Source of the DNA: a virus
Taxonomy: Duplodnaviria; Caudoviricetes
DNA length: 60,688 nt
Virus record (IMG/VR): IMGVR_UViG_3300013006_000036
Location: 1 to 60,688 of that record
Reading direction: 5' to 3' (one strand)
Shown here: piece by piece, positions 8,442-17,488 of the stretch
Layout of the letters: each line of letters begins with the position of its first letter
How positions within the stretch are numbered: the first letter of the stretch is position 1
Notes under the pieces: generated by a model
The model's database searches: none
What the model saw: the letters and a program-made list of their open reading frames with translations, nothing else
Told to the model about the DNA's origin: nothing
Made by a program: the position numbers and the translations under genes

Positions 8442-11400
8442 TTAGATCTCACCTGTGTTCTTGAGACGCAATGGTATGTAAATAAATTCAACGGCCTTGG
8501 TTGGCTCAATGGCAACATCTACATATAATTCATTACGATCAATTCTACTCGGTGTGTTGTTGGTTTCGTCACACACTACTGCAAAGTCATAGATAGCTCT
8601 TAGACCCACTAGTTCTAGCAACAAACTTTCTACAGCTTGTTTGATCTCGTCACGAGTGATAGAATCGTTTGGCTCAAAGATATATGGACGAGCAAGTTTT
8701 GTCAACTGGCTGCGTAGATATACAACTAGACGTGCTACATTGATACGATCCAGTGCTGATGCATTTCTTGCACGAGTTTTTTGGCCATAAGCTACCAATC
8801 CTGTACCTACAAAGAACGGAATTGGATTGACTTTTAGATCATATAGTGTATCTCTCTGACCGTTGTTTAGAGCAACGCTTTGGAATTCACCTGTCAACGA
8901 ATCAATGTATCCCACTGCTGTGGCATTGGTAATACCACCACGACGTGTACCTGCTGGAGCAAACCATGGAAAGCTCACTTGATCGCTTAAAGCAATAGTT
9001 CTCAGCATCATGTGACTGGCCGGAACTACAGCATTTGCGCCTGTAAGATCAGTGGTGAATCCATTTGGATAGTAAACCGCTGCATATTCGTCATAGGTAA
9101 CAATACCATTGTCTCCGTTGTCTAGTGCTAGATTAGCATTGGTACCCCAGGTAGTTAAACTTGTTGCATCGCTCTTTAGACGCAATGGTGTATCACCGAC
9201 CACAAAAGCTGTGACCTTGCGATCCAGGTTCAAGTTGATTAGATTGCTAAGTGCTTCTGGATATCCAGGGCAAGCAATTAGGTTGAAGTTTCTGCGTTCT
9301 TCGTCACGTGCTTCTTCGCTGGTATCGATAGCACTCTTCAATGCAGCAACCACAGTTGATCTCTGTGCCTTGCGGCCAAAGCTGCCTGAACCGTCTTCAT
9401 TGTTAGGACTAGCTGTAGTCCAACGATCTGGCCAGTATGCTTCCATACTTTCGCTATTGTTGAAGCGTACATTGTCTGCTGTGGTGTCAATATAACCATT
9501 GTTGTATTTCTTGACGTTTCCACCGCTTCTACGTAGATTCCACAGCAACATACCTTTTGGATATAGATCTGGATCTGGTGCGTCAAAATCTAAGAAATTG
9601 TTAGTTAACAAATCTTTGATTGATCCAGAAGGTGCAGCAGTGGGTGACCCACCACTAGTGCCTGCACGAGCATCTGCAAATAAAATACCTTCTTCTGTGG
9701 TTTGATCAGTCTTGTCAACTAATACCCATTTTTGTGCAAGTTTTGTGCCTGCGTCAGTGTTGAATTTGTATATGCTTGGGAAATTTTCTAGATCAGCTGT
9801 GCTGATCCAAATATCGCCGTTGACTAATGTAGTGCCGTCGGTTTGTGTTTCAGGCATACTTGCGGATACAATCGGTCCTTCTGGATCAGTAAGGGTGTAT
9901 CCTGTAAAGTTTTGATAGCCTACCCAGGTTGTGCCATTGTGTATCATTAGATCCACTTCGCCAAAGGCAGGATTGTACCATAGTTGTCCATCTGCTGGCT
10001 CCTCTAATGGAGCATCTGGTGTAGCAGCAAACACATCATTGACCAATGGCAACCATAAAGAAGCCAAATAACCTTCTCGTGCTCCTGCGGCCAAACCACT
10101 TGACAATGCATAGAAATTACTAGTTCCGGCTCCTGTTGCTAGATTGTAGACTGTGAACAGTGTACCAATAGCAGTACCTGCAACATCAGTTAGTCTGATA
10201 TCGCCACCGGTCTTGTGTGTGATCACTAATTCGTTATTGGTTGTAACACTAGCAACTACATTGTTTGTAATGGCAGCACCTGTTGAGTCAACATAGTTAG
10301 CAGCATTTATTGCTCCAGCAATTCTAAAAGAGTCGTCAGCATTGATTGCTGCAAACGCAATAGTTGCTGCTGCGCTTATGTTTGCATCACCCACTATTGA
10401 TTGTTTGATAGTAAATGTTTTAGCAAGGTACGCAGTTCCGGTGCCGGTGCCAACTACTGCAGGAACAACTGTATCACCAACAGCATATGTTACACCGCTT
10501 GTACCTGCCACTGTGTTCCAATTGGTATTTCCAAGCGATTGAATTATGTAATATGTTCCAACTACCAATGCGGTCGCTGCCACGTTTGGTGTAGATACAC
10601 TAATTGTCCCTGTGGTAATAATTTTAGATTTGATTGCAGTTGTGCCGCTGGCTGCTCTTTTAAATATTCTAAAAGTAGTAGTGGCCAATGTTTCATCTGG
10701 TGCGTCAAAACCATTTACTGCTCCAGTAGTAGCAGAATATGATCCTGCGTGTTCACTGGCATTTGTTTGCACAAATAATGCATCCTTGGGAAGATTTATA
10801 CCGCCGCCGGATTTATCTAAAAAGTACAAGGCAGAGTGCGGAGTTGCGTACAACGGTGCTTCATTGGCTACCCAAGCATCAGTACTTTGATTGTAGCGTT
10901 TTACTCTCCAACGAGATCCGTTGTTTGGTTCAGTAGTTTTCAGCCATACAGACCCTGTAGGACGAGCATTTACAGTAGATCCAAAATCTGATCTCTTAAA
11001 CAGTGGTATGCTAGTGTGTGGTTGTTGAGCCAATGCTGGACACATGTATGTACCGGCAGCAATGTTCAATTTGTTAGCACCAGTTCCTAAGGCCGTTCCG
11101 CTGAGTACAATACCACCAGTTCCGCCAAAAAGTGCTGTGGAGTCACCACCTGTAGCAGTGGAGGTACCATCACTATATAGATACAATCTGTTGTTGTTGG
11201 CAACGGCTGTAATACCGCTGCCATTCATCAATGTATTAATACTGGAAACACAAGAAGCTAGACTAACACCTACTGTAATAGAAACATCGTTGATAATTAA
11301 TGTGCCTGATAATGCACCTACCGCTGCCGAACTAAATGCTGTGGGGTGACTGGCAGTCCATCCAGGACTGCCAACTAGTACCCAAGTACCAGCTGTAATT

Positions 11401-12074
11401 CCAGCAGTAGCATTGCCTGCACTCTTGTAGTATATTCTTACCAGTTCATCCTCAGCTAAAAATGTTCCGTCGCCTGCGGCTGTTTGAAACACCACAGCGT
11501 AGTCACCAATTGTACCTACTGATGTTTTAGGAGCATTACTGTTGATATTGTCAAGATCAGCGTCTGTGAGTACCAATGGAGTTTTAGCAGTGAATTTTTG
11601 ACCGCTGTCTGCAAGAGCCAAGCCGTTCCATTCGTTAATACCCCAAGTGGTGGTTTGTGTATCTACCCACCACTTGCCATCAGCTGGATCCGCTCCCGGT
11701 GCATCTGTTTTACCTTCTAATTCATTTAGATTAATATCTGCACGTAGTATGAATGCAGAATTTGAAACGCCTAACAAGCTGTACGCAGCTAATAGACCGT
11801 ATTCGTTTCTTTCTCCACCGTGTATAGGACTGGCCGATACTGTCTTTTCAAAGAACGGCGAACCAAATGTATCAACAAGTTCTCGTTGACTGGTAACTTT
11901 GAATACCTTACCTGCATTGGCTGCAGTGGTACCTGAAGCTGTGCCTGTGCCAGCTCCGTTTATTTTATTTTCAGCAGTGGCTACAATAATTAACGGAACC
12001 GTTCCTGGTTCAGCTGGAGTATAAAAACTCTCGTCAATTACTTGTACTTCTACGCCTGGTGATGTTAGTGCCAT
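8442..12074 (-). CDS. gp18: Contractile tail sheath protein (T4 gp18-like) with large insertion, 1210 aa
   Basis: N-terminal SPGVEVQVIDES; C-terminal PWFAPAGTRRG, YGQKT, LDRINVARL, FEPND and P.KAVEFIYI motifs. Confidence 0.95.
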   Translation of the reverse strand: MALTSPGVEVQVIDESFYTPAEPGTVPLIIVATAENKINGAGTGTASGTTAANAGKVFKVTSQRELVDTFGSPFFEKTVSASPIHGGERNEYGLLAAYSLLGVSNSAFILRADINLNELEGKTDAPGADPADGKWWVDTQTTTWGINEWNGLALADSGQKFTAKTPLVLTDADLDNINSNAPKTSVGTIGDYAVVFQTAAGDGTFLAEDELVRIYYKSAGNATAGITAGTWVLVGSPGWTASHPTAFSSAAVGALSGTLIINDVSITVGVSLASCVSSINTLMNGSGITAVANNNRLYLYSDGTSTATGGDSTALFGGTGGIVLSGTALGTGANKLNIAAGTYMCPALAQQPHTSIPLFKRSDFGSTVNARPTGSVWLKTTEPNNGSRWRVKRYNQSTDAWVANEAPLYATPHSALYFLDKSGGGINLPKDALFVQTNASEHAGSYSATTGAVNGFDAPDETLATTTFRIFKRAASGTTAIKSKIITTGTISVSTPNVAATALVVGTYYIIQSLGNTNWNTVAGTSGVTYAVGDTVVPAVVGTGTGTAYLAKTFTIKQSIVGDANISAAATIAFAAINADDSFRIAGAINAANYVDSTGAAITNNVVASVTTNNELVITHKTGGDIRLTDVAGTAIGTLFTVYNLATGAGTSNFYALSSGLAAGAREGYLASLWLPLVNDVFAATPDAPLEEPADGQLWYNPAFGEVDLMIHNGTTWVGYQNFTGYTLTDPEGPIVSASMPETQTDGTTLVNGDIWISTADLENFPSIYKFNTDAGTKLAQKWVLVDKTDQTTEEGILFADARAGTSGGSPTAAPSGSIKDLLTNNFLDFDAPDPDLYPKGMLLWNLRRSGGNVKKYNNGYIDTTADNVRFNNSESMEAYWPDRWTTASPNNEDGSGSFGRKAQRSTVVAALKSAIDTSEEARDEERRNFNLIACPGYPEALSNLINLNLDRKVTAFVVGDTPLRLKSDATSLTTWGTNANLALDNGDNGIVTYDEYAAVYYPNGFTTDLTGANAVVPASHMMLRTIALSDQVSFPWFAPAGTRRGGITNATAVGYIDSLTGEFQSVALNNGQRDTLYDLKVNPIPFFVGTGLVAYGQKTRARNASALDRINVARLVVYLRSQLTKLARPYIFEPNDSITRDEIKQAVESLLLELVGLRAIYDFAVVCDETNNTPSRIDRNELYVDVAIEPTKAVEFIYIPLRLKNTGEI

Positions 12075-12182
12075 TCGACTGTCTCCTAGGGTTAAATCAA
12101 TGTACTATTATTTAGCGGCATCATTAAAAAACACCAAGATATGCAAGGCTGAAAAAGGGGCTGAAAAGGTGTAAATATGTTT

Positions 12183-12518
12183 ATGAGACCCCTTTGTAGG
12201 TGCGGACAACGACCCCGTGCTGTGAACTATAAAAAGAACGACAAGATATATTATCGAAGTCTCTGCGAAATCTGCATGGCCAACGGTCTAGGGTCCGGTA
12301 TTCCTAGATGGTATCGATCTGGATATCGAATTAAAAACCAATGCGATAAGTGCGGTTTTCGCTCAGCACACAAAGAAGTTTTTAGAGTATTTCACATGGA
12401 CGGCAATCTAGATAACTGTCGCCACAGTAACTTAAAAACTGTGTGTACGAACTGTGCTCAAATACTAGGCAAAGAAGGAATCACTTGGCGACAGGGTGAT
12501 CTTGTCGCTGACTACTAG
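12183..12518 (+). CDS. Cys-rich HNH-like zinc-finger protein (possibly nuclease-dead)
   Basis: CxC, CEIC, CDKCG and FHMDGNLDN...NLKTVCTNC motifs. Start placed at 12183 (MRPLC) because TAAATA lies 5 nt upstream; the track gives 12177. Confidence 0.7.
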   Translation: MRPLCRCGQRPRAVNYKKNDKIYYRSLCEICMANGLGSGIPRWYRSGYRIKNQCDKCGFRSAHKEVFRVFHMDGNLDNCRHSNLKTVCTNCAQILGKEGITWRQGDLVADY

Positions 12519-13121
12519 ACTAGCTGATTGCCTATAAAGGTCATCAATAGAGCCGTTGTTGTCGATTACTACGTCGAAATCGCTGCCTAACCAAGCCCAC
12601 TCACTGGCGTGTATCTTGCGCATTTTCATTGCATTTAATCCCACGTTGTTACCTTGATTTGCACTAAGTGCATCTGCATACCAGTCGGGCAGTGTGCCTC
12701 TTTGTACCCAAACAATGCTGCCGCCTGCACGTTTTAAAGATTCAATTTCATTAGGGAATCTGCAATCTGAAATTACAATATTATCTCGACTATTACGCAG
12801 TTTGTTTTCTAGACTGGCAATCCATATGTCGTCGTGAAATGCTTTGCGACACACTTCAGTACCCCAATATTGTAAGACCCATCTCGGAGTCAATGTGGGC
12901 ATATCGAGTCTAGAGGCCCACCATGGATCTACTTGTTCACGCCACTCTCTAGCTTCTTTAGTACGGCCTTCTAGCATGGTCCTGTCCCAACCAAATACTG
13001 AAGATACAGCATCTTTTAAAGTAGATGCAAAGCTCTCTCGTCTAAATTCGTGAAAATTAACTAGATAGTCCGCAACTGTGTCTTTGCCCGAACCAATAAA
13101 ACCGCAAATTCCAATAATCAT
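12465..13121 (-). CDS. gp1: Deoxynucleoside monophosphate kinase (T4 gp1-like)
   Basis: P-loop GFIGSGKDT, SFA..LKD, TPRWVLQYWGTE, ISDCRFPNE and HASE motifs. A GGAG SD supports the start at 13121 rather than 13139. Confidence 0.92.
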   Translation of the reverse strand: MIIGICGFIGSGKDTVADYLVNFHEFRRESFASTLKDAVSSVFGWDRTMLEGRTKEAREWREQVDPWWASRLDMPTLTPRWVLQYWGTEVCRKAFHDDIWIASLENKLRNSRDNIVISDCRFPNEIESLKRAGGSIVWVQRGTLPDWYADALSANQGNNVGLNAMKMRKIHASEWAWLGSDFDVVIDNNGSIDDLYRQSASLVVSDKITLSPSDSFFA

Positions 13122-13166
13122 AATATTCTCCAACTGCATAAAGTATACAGGAGAACATTATCGTGG

Positions 13167-13925
13167 TCAACCTATAATAAAAGTATATCCTTGGCCGCCC
13201 GGTACTAATTTCATCAAATCATCTGTGAGTTTTTCAATTTCTGCTGTGGCTTCTGCTTTCATTGCCGCACCGTTTAGACTGCTTCCACCTTGTGGTCCAG
13301 CAATTTGGGCAAACTTTTCACGGGCTTGTCCTAGCATCATTTTACAGTTAGCAAGCGAATAATCTTTAATCCATTGTCCTGCATAGGTATCGTCAATAAT
13401 AGCAAAGTCTGGCTTGGTGTTATACACCCATAACATTACTTCTTCGTCACCCCTAGGACGTTGTTGAATCATAATCTTGCGACTTTGTGGTTGCCAGGTA
13501 AAGTTAATAAATGATCCAAACATCTTTCCTACTAATTCTTGATAACCGCTGAATAGTTCATAGGTTAACAGTCCACCCATATTTGTTGAACTTAACAAAT
13601 AGGTATTAGTATAGGCTAGGTTAAACGGTTCAAACACTGTGCCGCCTGTACCATTGCCTGTGCGAGATCCTATGCTACGTCTAAAAATTTGTCGTACTTG
13701 TTGTATTTCTTTAGGCAAAACATATTCTTGCTGATCTTGTCTTAGTGTTAAAAACGCATAACTTTCTTCAACGGCGTTATCTGAACGCTGCCGAAAAACT
13801 CCCAATGCTCTGTTTAGTGCAGTTTCGTAGTGTATAGGATCTAGTTCTACATCAATCATGCCGTCGCCTAGCATGGCTTTGCAGTAATTAAAAACTTCTT
13901 GCTTGGATTGGTCTATTTGGCTCAT
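13167..13925 (-). CDS. gp13: Neck protein (T4 gp13-like)
   Basis: LGDGMIDVELD, WIKDYSLA.CK..LGQAREKF and GPQGG..LNG motifs. Confidence 0.88.
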   Translation of the reverse strand: MSQIDQSKQEVFNYCKAMLGDGMIDVELDPIHYETALNRALGVFRQRSDNAVEESYAFLTLRQDQQEYVLPKEIQQVRQIFRRSIGSRTGNGTGGTVFEPFNLAYTNTYLLSSTNMGGLLTYELFSGYQELVGKMFGSFINFTWQPQSRKIMIQQRPRGDEEVMLWVYNTKPDFAIIDDTYAGQWIKDYSLANCKMMLGQAREKFAQIAGPQGGSSLNGAAMKAEATAEIEKLTDDLMKLVPGGQGYTFIIG

Positions 13926-13958
13926 ACAACTATTTATCGTAGCGGTAAATATATGACT

Positions 13959-15350
13959 ATGCCAAGACTAAGCCTTTACCGTCCTGAAAAGGGCAATGAT
14001 TATAAATTTATAGATAAAAATATCTGGGAAATGTTCCAGGTTGGTGGTACTGATGTGTTTATACATCGATATCTAGGACCCGGATCTACTGGGAATACTG
14101 CCTCCCCTACACAACCTGTCTATAATACTAGCGATCCTACACAGATCCAAGATCTGTTATTTCTCGAAAATAGAGATCGCAAGTATGACCCTGATATCTA
14201 TGTGATGCGAGGAGTATACAGCCTTCAAGATCTAGATTTTAATCTCAGCCAATTTGGTTTGTTTTTACAAAACGATACTGTGTTTATTACGTTTCATATC
14301 AACGATACCATAGAGAAACTAGGTCGTAAGTTGATCAGTGGGGATGTTATAGAACTGCCGCACTTAAAAGACGATCATGCTCTTAATGATTTTCAATTTG
14401 CTCTTAAAAGGTTCTATGTAATCGAAGAAGTAAATCGGGCTGCGGAAGGTTTCTCAGTTACTTGGTATCCACATTTATATCGTGCCAAATGTAAACCATT
14501 GGTCGACAGTCAAGAATTCAAAGAAATATTAGATCAGGTTGCTAACAAAGATGCTATGGTTGGTAGTTACAATGCTGCTGTGACCTATTATCCAGGCGAT
14601 GTTGTTACTGGATTGGATGGAAAAAATTATACAGTGCTACAGGAAGTAACCGGAGTCTCACCTCCTAATTCTACCTATTATGAACTAGCCGATAGCTTAC
14701 GAAACATAATGAGCACCTACGAAAAAGAAATGCAGATTACACAGGCAGTTCTTGATCAAGCGGAAACAGATGCTCCAAGGAGTGGTTCGGACACCACACA
14801 GTTTTACACTCTTACAGTGGACGAAAATAAATTACCGGTACTGGTCAGCGCAGATAACAGCCTATTAGATGCTAGCTTAGAAACTCAGGCTACTGATGAA
14901 GCAGGCAATCTTTTGTTTAACACTGATGGTACTCCTGTGTATGTAGGATCTACTGCTGCTACCGCTTTACTATCATCAGAAGTATCTGGTTATAACGGAT
15001 ATCTAGTAGGCGATGGTGTTCCGCCAAACGGTGCTCCATTCACAGCCGGTATAGCCTTTCCATTAGCTCCTGCAAACGGTCAATTCTGTCTTAGAAAAGA
15101 TTATTTTCCTTATAGATTGTTTAGATACAACGGATCAAGATGGGTCAAAGTTGAAGACAAAGTAAGAATGACCATGAATAATCTAGGACCAAGTGATGTG
15201 GGAGTAGGCGATCAATTTGAAGGCAAGGACGTTCGCCAGACACAAAAAGCTGGATTCATCAACAATACAAATACCGACACAATAAATGGACACACTGTGA
15301 AAGAAAGACAGAGTCTCAGCAAGGCTCTTAGACCAGAGGCAGATGAATAA
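13959..15350 (+). CDS. gp14: Neck/head-closure protein (T4 gp14-like) with C-terminal extension
   Basis: QDLLFLENRDRKY, LSQFGLFL and GDVIELPHL motifs; divergent from gp13 and upstream of gp15. The ATG at 13959 (or 13953) is preferred over the TTG at 13899. Confidence 0.78.
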   Translation: MPRLSLYRPEKGNDYKFIDKNIWEMFQVGGTDVFIHRYLGPGSTGNTASPTQPVYNTSDPTQIQDLLFLENRDRKYDPDIYVMRGVYSLQDLDFNLSQFGLFLQNDTVFITFHINDTIEKLGRKLISGDVIELPHLKDDHALNDFQFALKRFYVIEEVNRAAEGFSVTWYPHLYRAKCKPLVDSQEFKEILDQVANKDAMVGSYNAAVTYYPGDVVTGLDGKNYTVLQEVTGVSPPNSTYYELADSLRNIMSTYEKEMQITQAVLDQAETDAPRSGSDTTQFYTLTVDENKLPVLVSADNSLLDASLETQATDEAGNLLFNTDGTPVYVGSTAATALLSSEVSGYNGYLVGDGVPPNGAPFTAGIAFPLAPANGQFCLRKDYFPYRLFRYNGSRWVKVEDKVRMTMNNLGPSDVGVGDQFEGKDVRQTQKAGFINNTNTDTINGHTVKERQSLSKALRPEADE

Positions 15351-16828
15351 TGGATTATTTTTACGATGCGCAAGTAAGGCGATATGTCACACAGTTTATG
15401 AGAATCTTTATAGGATTCAAATACAAAACTGGAGGTGATGTTCCCGAAGAGAGACACGTGCCTGTGTTGTACGGCGATATGACCAGACAGGTTGCCAGCA
15501 TGATCAAGGACAACAGTGAGAACAAACTGTCAACGGTGCCTAGAATAGCCTGTTATATCAGCGGTCTTGAGTTGGATAATTCTAGACTCAGTGACTATAG
15601 TTTTGTTAGTAAACTATCTGTGAGAGAACGGCAGTATACTATCAATCCGGCAGGCGAAAGAGAATACGGTGGTGTACAGGGCGGTGGATACACGGTAGAA
15701 AGACTCATGCCTACTCCATTCAAACTGTCTATGAAAGCAGAAATTTGGACCAGTAACACAGATCAAAAACTTCAATTGCTAGAACAGATTTTGGTATTGT
15801 TTAATCCCAGTCTCGAAATCCAAACTACAGACAACTATGTCGACTGGACCAGTATTAGTGTAGTGGATCTTAGCAGCATAAATTTCAGTTCAAGAACTAT
15901 TCCGCAGGGTACAGAAAGTGATATTGATATATGCACTCTAGATTTTCAAACTCCTATCTGGATCAGTCCACCTGCCAAAGTTAAGAAAATGGGCATCATT
16001 AAAAACATTATCATGAATGTATTTGGGGAGTCGGGCCAATTGTTAGGTCTAGAAGATCTCATATTCAATGGTGACAGTGCGTCCACTCAGATACAAAACA
16101 CAGTGGATCGATTTGGTGTATTATTAATATTAAACAAGGCTACAGGATTGTATGATCTCACTGTGTTAAATGTATATGAAGCAGTGATAGCCCTAGGTCT
16201 AGATGAAACTCCTTACAAAGGCAATCAACAAAGACTAGATTGGTACAAGGTGCTAGAGCTTCACGGCGGATATACAGGTACCAGTAGAATACATTTTACA
16301 CAACCCAGCGGCTATGAAATCACAGGTACATTCACCGTAAATGAAATTGATCCTACATATCTAGTAATAGACATTGATATGGACACAGTACCTAGCAATA
16401 CAATATCACCTGTAACTGCCATCGTTGATCCCTACAAGTTTAATCCAATTGAAAGATTTGGAAGTATTGCTGCAATTCCTGTAGGCACAAGATACCTAGT
16501 ATTAGACGATGTTAACAACAGTGTAAATGTGGGACAGACTGTGGAAAATTCAGGATGGAACAACTTTGATTCTGGGTCAACTGCTTATGACGGCCCAGAT
16601 GCTTGGAAAGATCTTATAGGTAACGACACTGTGATCAAAGCCAATTCAATAATCGAATGGACTGGTACTGTATGGCAAGAAACGTTTGACCCCAGCACAG
16701 TGACAACTATTCAGTATTTCACCAACTTGACCACAGGCGTACAATACAAATGGGATGGCTCACAATGGTTGAGATCATTTGAAGGCGAATATGCTGCCGG
16801 ATATTGGAGATTTGATCTAGACGCTTGA
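15350..16828 (+). CDS. gp15: Tail sheath stabiliser / tail terminator (T4 gp15-like) with C-terminal extension
   Basis: YFYD.QVRRY..QF, VPV.YG, MPTPF.L and QLLEQILVLFNP motifs. Confidence 0.85.
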   Translation: MDYFYDAQVRRYVTQFMRIFIGFKYKTGGDVPEERHVPVLYGDMTRQVASMIKDNSENKLSTVPRIACYISGLELDNSRLSDYSFVSKLSVRERQYTINPAGEREYGGVQGGGYTVERLMPTPFKLSMKAEIWTSNTDQKLQLLEQILVLFNPSLEIQTTDNYVDWTSISVVDLSSINFSSRTIPQGTESDIDICTLDFQTPIWISPPAKVKKMGIIKNIIMNVFGESGQLLGLEDLIFNGDSASTQIQNTVDRFGVLLILNKATGLYDLTVLNVYEAVIALGLDETPYKGNQQRLDWYKVLELHGGYTGTSRIHFTQPSGYEITGTFTVNEIDPTYLVIDIDMDTVPSNTISPVTAIVDPYKFNPIERFGSIAAIPVGTRYLVLDDVNNSVNVGQTVENSGWNNFDSGSTAYDGPDAWKDLIGNDTVIKANSIIEWTGTVWQETFDPSTVTTIQYFTNLTTGVQYKWDGSQWLRSFEGEYAAGYWRFDLDA

Positions 16829-16839
16829 TAAGTATCTAG

Positions 16840-17235
16840 ATGCAACAACGTGCCGGTCTACTATTCCTAAGTAAAAACACTAAAAGAATTCTTCTTATTT
16901 TAGAAGACGCCAAATGGACTGTGCCTACATTTGTGAGAAACAGTAGTCTATTAGAAGATGCTGAACCGTTGTTAAATAATTTCTCAGTGGGTAAAATTTT
17001 GCCCATAGAATTGTATCTCAGTGAGGACCGTGGATTTGAATACGGCACTTATATCTGTCTAGTTGATGATGAATTTCTTACAACATCGGCTGCTACTATA
17101 TGTTGGGCTACGTTAAATCATTTGCCTAAACAACTACACACAGGTTTAAAAAATACACTGAGCAATACCATAATCCGTACAAAAATTGAAACCATATTGG
17201 AGTTAGAAAATGTCAAACATACTACAAAAATCTAA
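16840..17235 (+). CDS. Degenerate Nudix-fold protein
   Basis: AGLLFLS..TKRILL...W and GFEYGTY....DDEF resemble phage Nudix proteins, but the GX5EX7REUXEE box is absent. Confidence 0.5.
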   Translation: MQQRAGLLFLSKNTKRILLILEDAKWTVPTFVRNSSLLEDAEPLLNNFSVGKILPIELYLSEDRGFEYGTYICLVDDEFLTTSAATICWATLNHLPKQLHTGLKNTLSNTIIRTKIETILELENVKHTTKI

Positions 17236-17488
17236 TAGATTTCTCAAAGACTGTGAAAGATACGAGGCAGCAATAGCCACTATGCCAGAGGGCAATGTAA
17301 AAAATGAAACTGTGCAATTGTTACAAAAATTAACCTATAGCATTAAAAAACTTGATAACATGCATCTAGAAATGGTATATTCTAGACAGTTGCCTACCAT
17401 GGGTGGAGATATGAAACAAGAAATTACAGATTTAAGAAAAAAATTAGAAACCAGAATCAAAGACTGGTCACAGGCACAGCAAAATTAG
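17210..17488 (+). CDS. Hypothetical helical protein (92 aa)
   Basis: ORF with GGAG SD, convergent with the fibre gene. Confidence 0.7.
   Translation: MSNILQKSNRFLKDCERYEAAIATMPEGNVKNETVQLLQKLTYSIKKLDNMHLEMVYSRQLPTMGGDMKQEITDLRKKLETRIKDWSQAQQN

Noticed and set aside
9109-11889. Numerous + strand ORFs antisense to the sheath gene (and likewise to the fibre, halogenase and adhesin genes)
   Set aside because: Shadow ORFs caused by codon bias of the real minus-strand genes; no recognisable motifs.
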